21,983 nucleotides of DNA, from UHGV virus genome UHGV-1604392. The stretch is one strand, 5' to 3'. The first letter of the stretch is position 1, and each line of letters starts with the position of its first letter. Both the position numbers and the translations under genes were made by a program. Positions 14,130 through 21,983 of the stretch are shown one piece after another. A model generated the notes under the pieces. That model did no database searches. It saw nothing but the letters and a program-made list of their open reading frames with translations, and was not told the DNA's origin. The stretch comes from a virus.

Positions 14130-15326
14130 ATGAGTGATTCCAGCCAGCTTCACAAGGTTGCTCAAAGAGCAAACAGAATGCTCAATGTTCTGACTGAACA
14201 AGTACAGTTGCAAAAGGATGAGCTACACGCGAACGAGTTTTACCAGGTCTATGCGAAAGCGGCACTGGCAAAATTGCCTCTACTGACTCGAGCGAACGTT
14301 GACTATGCCGTGAGTGAAATGGAAGAAAAGGGTTATGTTTTCGATAAACGCCCTGCTGGCTCTTCAATGAAATATGCGATGTCAATTCAGAACATCATTG
14401 ACATATATGAACATCGCGGAGTGCCAAAATACCGGGATCGCTACAGCGAAGCGTATGTGATTTTCATCTCCAATCTTAAAGGCGGTGTGTCAAAAACTGT
14501 ATCGACGGTTTCTCTGGCGCATGCAATGCGTGCTCACCCTCATCTTCTGATGGAAGATTTAAGGATTCTGGTTATTGACCTTGATCCGCAATCTTCAGCA
14601 ACGATGTTTTTAAGCCATAAACACTCTATTGGTATCGTAAACGCAACATCTGCACAGGCTATGTTGCAGAATGTAAGCCGTGAAGAGCTGTTAGAGGAGT
14701 TTATTGTTCCTTCTGTTGTACCTGGGGTTGACGTTATGCCTGCGTCGATTGACGATGCCTTTATTGCATCCGATTGGAGAGAGCTGTGCAATGAGCATCT
14801 ACCGGGTCAGAACATCCATGCAGTCCTGAAAGAAAATGTGATTGATAAGCTGAAGAGCGATTATGACTTTATCCTCGTTGATAGTGGTCCTCACCTTGAC
14901 GCCTTCCTGAAAAATGCTTTGGCCTCGGCCAATATACTGTTTACACCTCTGCCGCCTGCAACGGTTGATTTCCACTCATCGCTTAAATACGTTGCCCGCC
15001 TTCCTGAGTTGGTGAAACTCATTTCGGATGAAGGCTGCGAGTGCCAGCTTGCGACTAACATTGGTTTTATGTCCAAGTTGAGTAACAAGGCAGACCATAA
15101 GTATTGCCATAGCCTGGCTAAAGAAGTGTTCGGTGGGGATATGCTTGATGTCGTCCTCCCTCGCCTTGACGGTTTTGAACGCTGCGGCGAGTCTTTTGAC
15201 ACTGTTATTTCAGCTAACCCGGCAACGTATGTTGGTAGTGCTGATGCATTGAAGAACGCGCGAATTGCTGCGGAAGATTTTGCTAAAGCAGTTTTTGACC
15301 GTATTGAATTTATCAGATCTAACTGA
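14130..15326 (+). CDS. parA: Partition ATPase ParA (type Ia, with N-terminal DNA-binding extension)
   Basis: 398 aa; deviant Walker A KGGVSKT; sequence matches P1 ParA as I recall it. Confidence 0.95.
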   Translation: MSDSSQLHKVAQRANRMLNVLTEQVQLQKDELHANEFYQVYAKAALAKLPLLTRANVDYAVSEMEEKGYVFDKRPAGSSMKYAMSIQNIIDIYEHRGVPKYRDRYSEAYVIFISNLKGGVSKTVSTVSLAHAMRAHPHLLMEDLRILVIDLDPQSSATMFLSHKHSIGIVNATSAQAMLQNVSREELLEEFIVPSVVPGVDVMPASIDDAFIASDWRELCNEHLPGQNIHAVLKENVIDKLKSDYDFILVDSGPHLDAFLKNALASANILFTPLPPATVDFHSSLKYVARLPELVKLISDEGCECQLATNIGFMSKLSNKADHKYCHSLAKEVFGGDMLDVVLPRLDGFERCGESFDTVISANPATYVGSADALKNARIAAEDFAKAVFDRIEFIRSN

Positions 15327-15342
15327 GGAGTAAGAAACCCCC

Positions 15343-16344
15343 ATGTCAAAGAAAAACAGACCAACAATTGGGCGAACCCTTAATCCTTCAATATTAAGCG
15401 GATTTGATAGTTCTTCAGCCTCTGGCGATCGAGTCGAGCAGGTATTCAAGTTATCAACTGGTCGCCAGGCCACATTTATTGAAGAGGTAATACCTCCGAA
15501 CCAGGTAGAAAGCGATACCTTTGTTGATCAGCATAACAACGGGCGTGACCAGGCATCTCTTACGCCAAAATCATTAAAAAGTATCCGAAGCACTATTAAG
15601 CATCAGCAATTTTACCCTGCAATAGGTGTTAGACGGGCTACAGGGAAAATTGAAATTTTGGATGGTTCCCGGCGTCGAGCTTCTGCCATCTTAGAGAACG
15701 TAGGGTTGCGGGTTTTAGTCACGGACCAGGAGATCAGCGTTCAGGAAGCGCAAAATTTAGCGAAAGACGTTCAGACAGCATTGCAGCACAGCATTCGAGA
15801 AATAGGTCTGCGTTTGATGCGAATGAAAAATGATGGGATGAGTCAGAAGGATATTGCAGCCAAAGAAGGGCTGTCTCAGGCGAAGGTCACGCGTGCTCTC
15901 CAGGCAGCGAGTGCTCCGGAAGAATTAGTCGCCCTTTTCCCTGTGCAGTCGGAATTAACCTTTTCGGACTACAAAACGCTTTGTGCTGTTGGCGACGAAA
16001 TGGGGAACAAGAATTTAGAGTTTGATCAGCTTATTCAAAACATATCCCCGGAAATAAACGACATCTTATCCATTGAAGAAATGGCCGAAGATGAAGTTAA
16101 AAATAAAATCCTGCGCTTGATAACAAAGGAAGCCTCACTACTCACGGATAAAGGTTCTAAAGATAAGTCCGTAGTTACTGAATTATGGAAATTTGAGGAC
16201 AAGGATCGCTTTGCAAGGAAGCGCGTGAAAGGCCGTGCATTTTCTTATGAGTTTAATCGACTTTCAAAAGAGCTACAGGAAGAACTCGACAGGATGATTG
16301 GGCATATCCTTAGAAAGAGCCTCGATAAAAAGCCGAAGCCTTAA
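15343..16344 (+). CDS. parB: Partition protein ParB (centromere-binding)
   Basis: 333 aa; start 17 nt after the parA stop with GAGGAG upstream; sequence matches P1 ParB as I recall it. Confidence 0.95.
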   Translation: MSKKNRPTIGRTLNPSILSGFDSSSASGDRVEQVFKLSTGRQATFIEEVIPPNQVESDTFVDQHNNGRDQASLTPKSLKSIRSTIKHQQFYPAIGVRRATGKIEILDGSRRRASAILENVGLRVLVTDQEISVQEAQNLAKDVQTALQHSIREIGLRLMRMKNDGMSQKDIAAKEGLSQAKVTRALQAASAPEELVALFPVQSELTFSDYKTLCAVGDEMGNKNLEFDQLIQNISPEINDILSIEEMAEDEVKNKILRLITKEASLLTDKGSKDKSVVTELWKFEDKDRFARKRVKGRAFSYEFNRLSKELQEELDRMIGHILRKSLDKKPKP

Positions 16345-16348
16345 ACTT

Positions 16349-16433
16349 TCGCCATTCAAATTTCACCATTAACCGACTGTTTTTAAAGTAAATTACTCTA
16401 AAATTTCAAGGTGAAATCGCCACGATTTCACCT
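16349..16433. other. parS: Partition site parS: heptamer box A (ATTTCAC/ATTTCAA), hexamer box B (TCGCCA) and a central AT-rich IHF-binding region
   Basis: TCGCCATTCAAATTTCAC...TTTTTAAAGTAAATTACTCTAAAATTTCAAGGTGAAATCGCCACGATTTCAC matches P1 parS architecture. Confidence 0.85.
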
Positions 16434-16487
16434 TGGATTTTACCTTCCTCCCCTCCTCCCGAAAAAAATAAAAAAATTGCTTGTCAC

Positions 16488-16520
16488 GAGAAAGTCAACA
16501 AGTGACTTTCAATAAAATCT
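16488..16520 (+). promoter_or_regulatory. Putative P1-type late promoter: inverted repeat AAAGTCA-n5-TGACTTT (activator site) immediately upstream of a TAAAAT -10, no -35
   Basis: Inverted repeat at 16491-16509 and -10-like element at 16513-16518, about 50 nt upstream of the structural gene start. Confidence 0.5.
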
Positions 16521-16569
16521 CTTCCGAAAAGGGATTCACACAAGTGCCTTGTGTTTAAGGAAGAGTAAA

Positions 16570-18276
16570 TTGAGTAACTTACGCGAATACCAGAATCGTA
16601 TTGCAGATATCGCAAAACGCTCTAAAGCAGTGCTTGGCTGGGCAAGCACTGCGCAGTTCGGTACTGATAACCAATTCATTAAAGGTGATGCCGCGCGTGC
16701 CGCATCTATCCTTGAAGCTGCACGTAAAGACCCAATTTTTGCGGGTATCTCTGATAATGCCACCGCTCAAATCGCCACAGCGTGGGCAAGTGCACTGGCT
16801 GACTACGCCGCAGCACATAAATCTATGCCGCGTCCGGAAATTCTGGCCTCCTGCCACCAGACGCTGGAAAACTGCCTGATTGAGTCCACCCGCAATAGCA
16901 TGGATGCCACTAATAAAGCGATGCTGGAATCCGTCGCAGCAGAGATGATGAGCGTTTCTGACGGTGTTATGCGTCTGCCTTTATTCCTCGCGATGATCCT
17001 GCCTGTTCAGTTGGGGGCAGCTACCGCTGATGCGTGCACCTTCATTCCGGTTACGCGTGACCAGTCCGACATCTATGAAGTCTTTAACGTGGCAGGTTCC
17101 TCTTTTGGTTCTTATGCTGCTGGTGATGTTCTGGACATGCAATCCGTCGGTGTGTACAGCCAGTTACGCCGCCGCTATGTGCTGGTGGCAAGCTCCGATG
17201 GCACCAGCAAAACCGCAACCTTCAAGATGGAAGACTTCGAAGGCCAGAATGTACCAATCCGAAAAGGTCGCACTAACATCTACGTTAACCGTATTAAGTC
17301 TGTTGTTGATAACGGTTCCGGCAGCCTACTTCACTCGTTTACTAATGCTGCTGGTGAGCAAATCACTGTTACCTGCTCTCTGAACTACAACATTGGTCAG
17401 ATTGCCCTGTCGTTCTCCAAAGCGCCGGATAAAGGCACTGAGATCGCAATTGAGACGGAAATCAATATTGAAGCCGCTCCTGAGCTGATCCCGCTGATCA
17501 ACCACGAAATGAAGAAATACACCCTGTTCCCAAGCCAGTTCGTTATCGCGGCTGAGCACACGGTACAGGCGGCGTATGAAGCACAGCGTGAATTTGGTCT
17601 GGACCTGGGTTCCCTACAGTTCCGCACCCTGAAGGAATACCTGTCTCATGAACAGGATATGCTGCGTCTTCGCATCATGATCTGGCGTACTCTTGCGACC
17701 GACACCTTTGACATCGCTCTGCCGGTTAACCAGTCCTTTGATGTATGGGCAACCATCATTCGTGGCAAATTCCAGACTGTATATCGCGACATTATTGAGC
17801 GCGTTAAATCTTCTGGTGCGATGGGGATGTTTGCTGGTGCTGATGCAGCATCTTTCTTCAAACAGTTGCCGAAGGATTTCTTCCTGCCAGCCGAAGACTA
17901 TATCCAGACTCCGTATGTTCACTACATCGGTACCCTGTTCGGTAACGTGAAAGTGTACGAAGTACCTGCTGGTATTTGTAAGAACTTAACGACAGAGAAC
18001 ATTCAGTTCAGTTCGATGGATGTGCTGTGCTACGTTCGTGATGAAAATCCGGGTAAAGCAGGCTTCGTGACTGGTGATGCTGTCCCGGCCATCCCGTTCC
18101 AGCATCCGACCACTCCGGCGCTGGTCAACCGTACCACGCTGTGGGGTTCGGCTATCAACGATATGCACCCACGCAACGGCGCTGATTACTTCACTCGTGT
18201 AACGCTGACAATGGCCAAAAAAGGCGGGCTTAACTTCATAAGCGGCGACACGATTGATGCCGGTGACTCTGAGTAA
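16570..18276 (+). CDS. Large virion structural protein, probably major head protein precursor (about 568 aa from TTG at 16570)
   Basis: First gene after the late promoter, TTG with AAGGAAGAG upstream; Ala-rich N-terminal region consistent with a cleaved propeptide. Assignment rests on size and position, not a diagnostic motif. Confidence 0.5.
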   Translation: MSNLREYQNRIADIAKRSKAVLGWASTAQFGTDNQFIKGDAARAASILEAARKDPIFAGISDNATAQIATAWASALADYAAAHKSMPRPEILASCHQTLENCLIESTRNSMDATNKAMLESVAAEMMSVSDGVMRLPLFLAMILPVQLGAATADACTFIPVTRDQSDIYEVFNVAGSSFGSYAAGDVLDMQSVGVYSQLRRRYVLVASSDGTSKTATFKMEDFEGQNVPIRKGRTNIYVNRIKSVVDNGSGSLLHSFTNAAGEQITVTCSLNYNIGQIALSFSKAPDKGTEIAIETEINIEAAPELIPLINHEMKKYTLFPSQFVIAAEHTVQAAYEAQREFGLDLGSLQFRTLKEYLSHEQDMLRLRIMIWRTLATDTFDIALPVNQSFDVWATIIRGKFQTVYRDIIERVKSSGAMGMFAGADAASFFKQLPKDFFLPAEDYIQTPYVHYIGTLFGNVKVYEVPAGICKNLTTENIQFSSMDVLCYVRDENPGKAGFVTGDAVPAIPFQHPTTPALVNRTTLWGSAINDMHPRNGADYFTRVTLTMAKKGGLNFISGDTIDAGDSE

Positions 18277-18302
18277 TCAGGGGAAGTTCTCCGTTTAACA
18301 TA

Positions 18303-18321
18303 GCGCCCCCGTGCGGGGCGC
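18303..18321 (+). other. GC-rich hairpin (GCGCCCC-cgtgc-GGGGCGC) between the first and second structural genes, no U-tract
   Basis: Read from sequence; possible partial terminator or processing/stability element setting relative expression. Confidence 0.4.
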
Positions 18322-18336
18322 ATAACAGGGAAAGTT

Positions 18337-19926
18337 ATGTCTCAATATTCAATTCAACAGTCATTAGGTAATGCATCCGGCGTCGCGGTTAGCCCGATCA
18401 ATGCCGATGCGACGTTATCTACCGGTGTTGCATTAAATAGCAGCTTGTGGGCTGGTATTGGCGTATTTGCGCGTGGCAAGCCGTTTACTGTTCTTGCGGT
18501 TACTGAGTCCAATTACAAAGATGTTCTCGGCGAACCGCTGAAGCCGTCTTCCGGCTCACAGTTCGAACCAATTCGTCATGTGTACGAAGCAATTCAGCAA
18601 ACCGCTGGTTATGTTGTTCGTGCTGTTCCGGATGATGCGAAGTTCCCGATTATTATGTTCGATGAATCAGGCGAACCGGCTTACAGTGCGTTGCCATACG
18701 GTTCTGAAATTGAACTTGATAGTGGCGAAGCCTTTGCTATCTACGTTGATGATGGTGATCCGTGTATTTCACCTACCCGTGAGTTAACCATCGAAACGGC
18801 AACAGCGGACAGCGCGGGTAATGAACGCTTCCTCTTAAAACTGACCCAGACGACTTCGCTCGGTGTGGTAACGACCCTGGAGACACACACTGTGTCTTTG
18901 GCGGAAGAAGCGAAAGATGACATGGGCCGCTTGTGTTATCTGCCTACGGCTCTGGAAGCCCGTTCTAAATATCTGCGTGCGGTTGTTAATGAAGAGCTGA
19001 TTTCGACAGCGAAAGTAACAAATAAAAAATCGGTGGCATTCACTGGCGGTACCAATGGCGATCAGTCGAAAATCTCAACCGCTGCTTACCTGCGTGCGGT
19101 TAAAGTGCTGAATAATGCGCCGTACATGTACACCGCTGTTCTTGGCTTGGGCTGCTATGACAATGCGGCTATCACCGCATTAGGTAAAATCTGTGCAGAT
19201 CGCCTGATTGATGGCTTCTTTGATGTCAAACCGACATTGACGTACACGGAAGCGATCTCTGCTGTTGAAGATACCGGTTTACTTGGTACCGATTATGTAA
19301 GCTGTGCTGTCTATCACTACCCGTTCTCCTGCAAAGACAAATGGACCCAATCCCGTGTGGTCTTTGGTCTGTCTGGCGTGGCGTATGCGGCGAAAGCTCG
19401 TGGCGTCAAGAAAAACTCTGATGTCGGCGGTTGGCATTACTCACCGGCTGGTGAAGAACGTGCCGTCATTGCTCGTGCGTCAATTCAACCGCTGTATCCG
19501 GAAGATACCCCGGACGAAGAAGCAATGGTCAAGGGCCGTCTCAATAAAGTATCTGTTGGCACCTCTGGCCAGATGATCATCGACGATGCTTTAACTTGCT
19601 GCACGCAGGATAACTATCTGCACTTCCAGCACGTCCCATCCCTGATGAATGCAATCAGCCGTTTCTTTGTCCAGTTAGCCCGACAGATGAAGCATAGCCC
19701 GGACGGTATTACTGCGGCTGGCCTGACTAAAGGGATGACCAAACTTTTAGATCGCTTTGTCGCCTCCGGCGCTCTGGTGGCTCCTCGTGATCCTGATGCT
19801 GACGGTACAGAACCGTATGTGCTGAAAGTTACGCAGGCGGAATTCGATAAATGGGAAGTAGTCTGGGCCTGCTGCCCGACTGGCGTAGCCCGTCGTATCC
19901 AGGGCGTACTGCTGCTTATTAAGTAA
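18337..19926 (+). CDS. Putative contractile tail sheath protein (529 aa)
   Basis: Size and loose motif resemblance to myovirus sheath proteins (AFTGGTNGD, HYSPAGEE); tentative. Confidence 0.45.
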   Translation: MSQYSIQQSLGNASGVAVSPINADATLSTGVALNSSLWAGIGVFARGKPFTVLAVTESNYKDVLGEPLKPSSGSQFEPIRHVYEAIQQTAGYVVRAVPDDAKFPIIMFDESGEPAYSALPYGSEIELDSGEAFAIYVDDGDPCISPTRELTIETATADSAGNERFLLKLTQTTSLGVVTTLETHTVSLAEEAKDDMGRLCYLPTALEARSKYLRAVVNEELISTAKVTNKKSVAFTGGTNGDQSKISTAAYLRAVKVLNNAPYMYTAVLGLGCYDNAAITALGKICADRLIDGFFDVKPTLTYTEAISAVEDTGLLGTDYVSCAVYHYPFSCKDKWTQSRVVFGLSGVAYAAKARGVKKNSDVGGWHYSPAGEERAVIARASIQPLYPEDTPDEEAMVKGRLNKVSVGTSGQMIIDDALTCCTQDNYLHFQHVPSLMNAISRFFVQLARQMKHSPDGITAAGLTKGMTKLLDRFVASGALVAPRDPDADGTEPYVLKVTQAEFDKWEVVWACCPTGVARRIQGVLLLIK

Positions 19927-19935
19927 GGGAATACA

Positions 19936-20751
19936 ATGAGCAAAAACTTTTTTCAATCCGGGGCATTTTTGGGGAATGGACTGTCCCGTTTCGCTTTGAA
20001 CTCTGATCCTGTGCAGCTGATGGAGTCTGCCCGAGCAAGCGCCGAACCGCCAACAGATCCGGTTATTAATAATAATCCGGAACCGGCGGCACAGACTAAC
20101 GATAACGTTCCATCTGATCCGGCTCCTGAGCAAATCCTGGAAGAGAAAGACGGTAAAGAATGGACCGTTGAACAGGCGCACCAGATGATTCTGGAAGCTG
20201 CAAATCGAAGTGCTATGCAGAATGCGTTGAGTGATGCGGCCGACGCCGTTTTCGCCTGGGCTGATAGCGGTGATCTGACTTTCGACTCCCTTGATGGTTT
20301 CGTTCAGGCTATCGCTGGTATCTCTGATGACGACGACTCCGAAGTTACAGAAGAACAGGACGATGCCTATAACGAAGCATGGGCAAATGTTGCTGACTTC
20401 CTCGCAGCATGCGGTGTAGATGATGACATGATCGAAGCACTGGCTGACGATGAAGACGACGACGCAGCTGCTGATGTTGGTGCCTCTATCGCTGGTTTAG
20501 ATAGCGACGACCGCGACGAACTGGAAGCGGCGTTTGTTGTTGCTGGCACTTCTGATGAAATGCTGACTGAAGCATTTAAGAAGGTTGTTCGTAATGGTGA
20601 GATCAAACTCATCCGTAAACGCCTGCGTAAAAAACGTCTGACTGCAGCTCAAAAATCGGCGCTGAAAAAAGCGCGTCGAAAAGCCCAGACCGGCGCGGCA
20701 AAACTGGCCCGCAAAAAGTCAATGAAACTGCGCCGTAAGCGCCTCGGCTAA
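19936..20751 (+). CDS. Highly acidic protein (Asp/Glu runs) with a polybasic K/R-rich C-terminal tail, 271 aa
   Basis: Composition read from translation; ATG with AAGGGA upstream. Confidence 0.6.
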   Translation: MSKNFFQSGAFLGNGLSRFALNSDPVQLMESARASAEPPTDPVINNNPEPAAQTNDNVPSDPAPEQILEEKDGKEWTVEQAHQMILEAANRSAMQNALSDAADAVFAWADSGDLTFDSLDGFVQAIAGISDDDDSEVTEEQDDAYNEAWANVADFLAACGVDDDMIEALADDEDDDAAADVGASIAGLDSDDRDELEAAFVVAGTSDEMLTEAFKKVVRNGEIKLIRKRLRKKRLTAAQKSALKKARRKAQTGAAKLARKKSMKLRRKRLG

Positions 20752-20786
20752 AGGAGGAGGCCGGAGAACTCCGGCCTTTAACTTGA

Positions 20787-21368
20787 ATGGCACCTATACC
20801 TTATGGGGTTTACAGCCAGGCTGACGGTGTATCACTATTTCTGAAAGTTACTTTAACGAACTCTCAGTACCAGGTTACCGGATATATCAGCCAGGGGGCG
20901 GCAATGAACATGGCCCAGAATTGGGAAGCGCCGTTTACCGGTATGTCCATGGGGTCTGTTGCTGGTGCTTTCAGTGGTTTTGCGCAGGTTGGTACTGAAA
21001 CAACGTCGGTGGCCCGTTGGAACAGCTTAATGGTTTGGGAGGGGGGAACACCGCCGACTTTCACGCTGCCAGTAACTTTCATCGCTTTGTTTGACCCATT
21101 CACGGAGGTTTCAGGAGCTATCGCCGCATTGTCAGCGATGATTAGCCCGGAACTTAAAGATGCCAGTATTGGTGGTCGAATCCCGGAGCGTGTGACGCTA
21201 AACATTGGTCGCCGGATCAACATCATTGATGTCGCTATCCAGGACATAAGTTTCGATCTCGATGCACCCAGGGACAGCAATGGGCATTTCCTGAAAAACA
21301 CCGTCAACCTCCAGTTGACCGGTTCTTCGATATATAACAGCTCCGATATTGTTCGGGCGTTCCAGTAA
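20787..21368 (+). CDS. 193-aa protein of unknown function in the structural operon
   Basis: ORF has no adjacent Shine-Dalgarno; an AGGAGGAGG lies 27 nt upstream, separated by a hairpin. Confidence 0.5.
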   Translation: MAPIPYGVYSQADGVSLFLKVTLTNSQYQVTGYISQGAAMNMAQNWEAPFTGMSMGSVAGAFSGFAQVGTETTSVARWNSLMVWEGGTPPTFTLPVTFIALFDPFTEVSGAIAALSAMISPELKDASIGGRIPERVTLNIGRRINIIDVAIQDISFDLDAPRDSNGHFLKNTVNLQLTGSSIYNSSDIVRAFQ

Positions 21369-21379
21369 AAGGATTTTAT

Positions 21380-21889
21380 ATGGGGCACAATAACACTAAG
21401 GGAAACCGTAAATTTATTAAGGGCCGCTATACTGCCAACGCGGCCAAAGGCGAACGACTGGTATCTTCTGAATTCCAGCTCACTTTTGCAGGCCATGAAG
21501 ATATCAGCGTACTGGTTCGCACGTCGCAAATTCCTGAAATGACCCGCGAGGATGTGGAGGACTATGGTCCGAATGGTGTGAAGTTCAACCAGCACGGTCC
21601 AATTCGAAACTCTGGGGAAATCCAGGTCCAGTGCGTGGAGACTATCGAAGGCGATATTCTTCAGTTCATTAAAGATCGCATTGCGGCGAAGGACTATGTT
21701 GATATCACGATGGCTGCTACCCCTGAATCCAAATCTTCCGGGGTTAACGCTGTGACAAAAGCTGCTACAACAATTGAAATGTTGGACTGCAAAATCTACA
21801 GTGATGCAATCGACTTTAGTACCGAAGATGTGACTGCCGCTGTGCGCCCGTCACTTCGTATCGTCTACAACTGGATTGATTGGGATTAA
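21380..21889 (+). CDS. 169-aa protein of unknown function, possibly a tail tube/structural protein
   Basis: ATG with AAAGGA upstream; followed by a strong terminator. Confidence 0.55.
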   Translation: MGHNNTKGNRKFIKGRYTANAAKGERLVSSEFQLTFAGHEDISVLVRTSQIPEMTREDVEDYGPNGVKFNQHGPIRNSGEIQVQCVETIEGDILQFIKDRIAAKDYVDITMAATPESKSSGVNAVTKAATTIEMLDCKIYSDAIDFSTEDVTAAVRPSLRIVYNWIDWD

Positions 21890-21908
21890 GAGTCATCCCT
21901 TGTATTTT

Positions 21909-21935
21909 AAAGCTCCTTCGGGAGCTTTTTTATTT
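21909..21935 (+). terminator. Rho-independent terminator (AAAGCTCC-ttcg-GGAGCTTT followed by a T-run)
   Basis: Read directly from sequence. Confidence 0.65.
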
Positions 21936-21983
21936 GGAGAGGAAAGGGTGCATTGAGGATACCTGACACACGAAGAGTGGCGG

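Noticed and set aside
1-21983. CRISPR arrays, insertion sequences/transposases, integrase, rRNA/tRNA genes, LexA boxes
   Set aside because: No short regularly spaced direct repeats, no transposase or integrase-like ORFs, no rRNA/tRNA signatures, and no CTGT-n8-ACAG site were found by eye; the only repeat families are iterons and operator motifs.

Overview
This window reads as a segment of a P1-family phage-plasmid (a prophage that replicates as a plasmid). It opens inside the 3' end of a type I restriction hsdR gene. A minus-strand block of early/accessory operons follows, each next to a copy of the 17-bp P1 C1-repressor operator motif (ATTGCTCTAATAAATTT-like). That block encodes a 28-aa membrane peptide, a polynucleotide-kinase-type 3'-phosphatase, a 420-aa coiled-coil protein with a 72-aa partner, a glycosyltransferase-like protein, a decayed lambda-type Ser/Thr phosphatase, a zinc-ribbon protein, and a C5-cytosine/N6-adenine fusion methyltransferase coupled to an RdgC homologue. 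The centre holds a five-gene plus-strand operon (PAAR-like small protein, 262-aa protein, spanin-like membrane/lipoprotein pair, 130-aa protein). Then comes a P1-type plasmid replicon (DnaA box and GATC cluster, five incC iterons, repA, about nine incA iterons), a T5orf172/GIY-YIG-like gene sitting between incA and parA, and P1-type parA-parB-parS. The window ends with a late-promoter-driven structural operon (probable major head protein, tail-sheath-like protein, three smaller proteins). I found no rRNA, tRNA, CRISPR array or transposase. The best candidates for an undescribed system are the central five-gene operon, the T5orf172-like gene in the replicon, and the operator-controlled coiled-coil/72-aa/3'-phosphatase operon; none can be confirmed without database and structure searches. 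All family assignments are from motif reading and memory; hand-derived site coordinates may be off by 1-2 nt.
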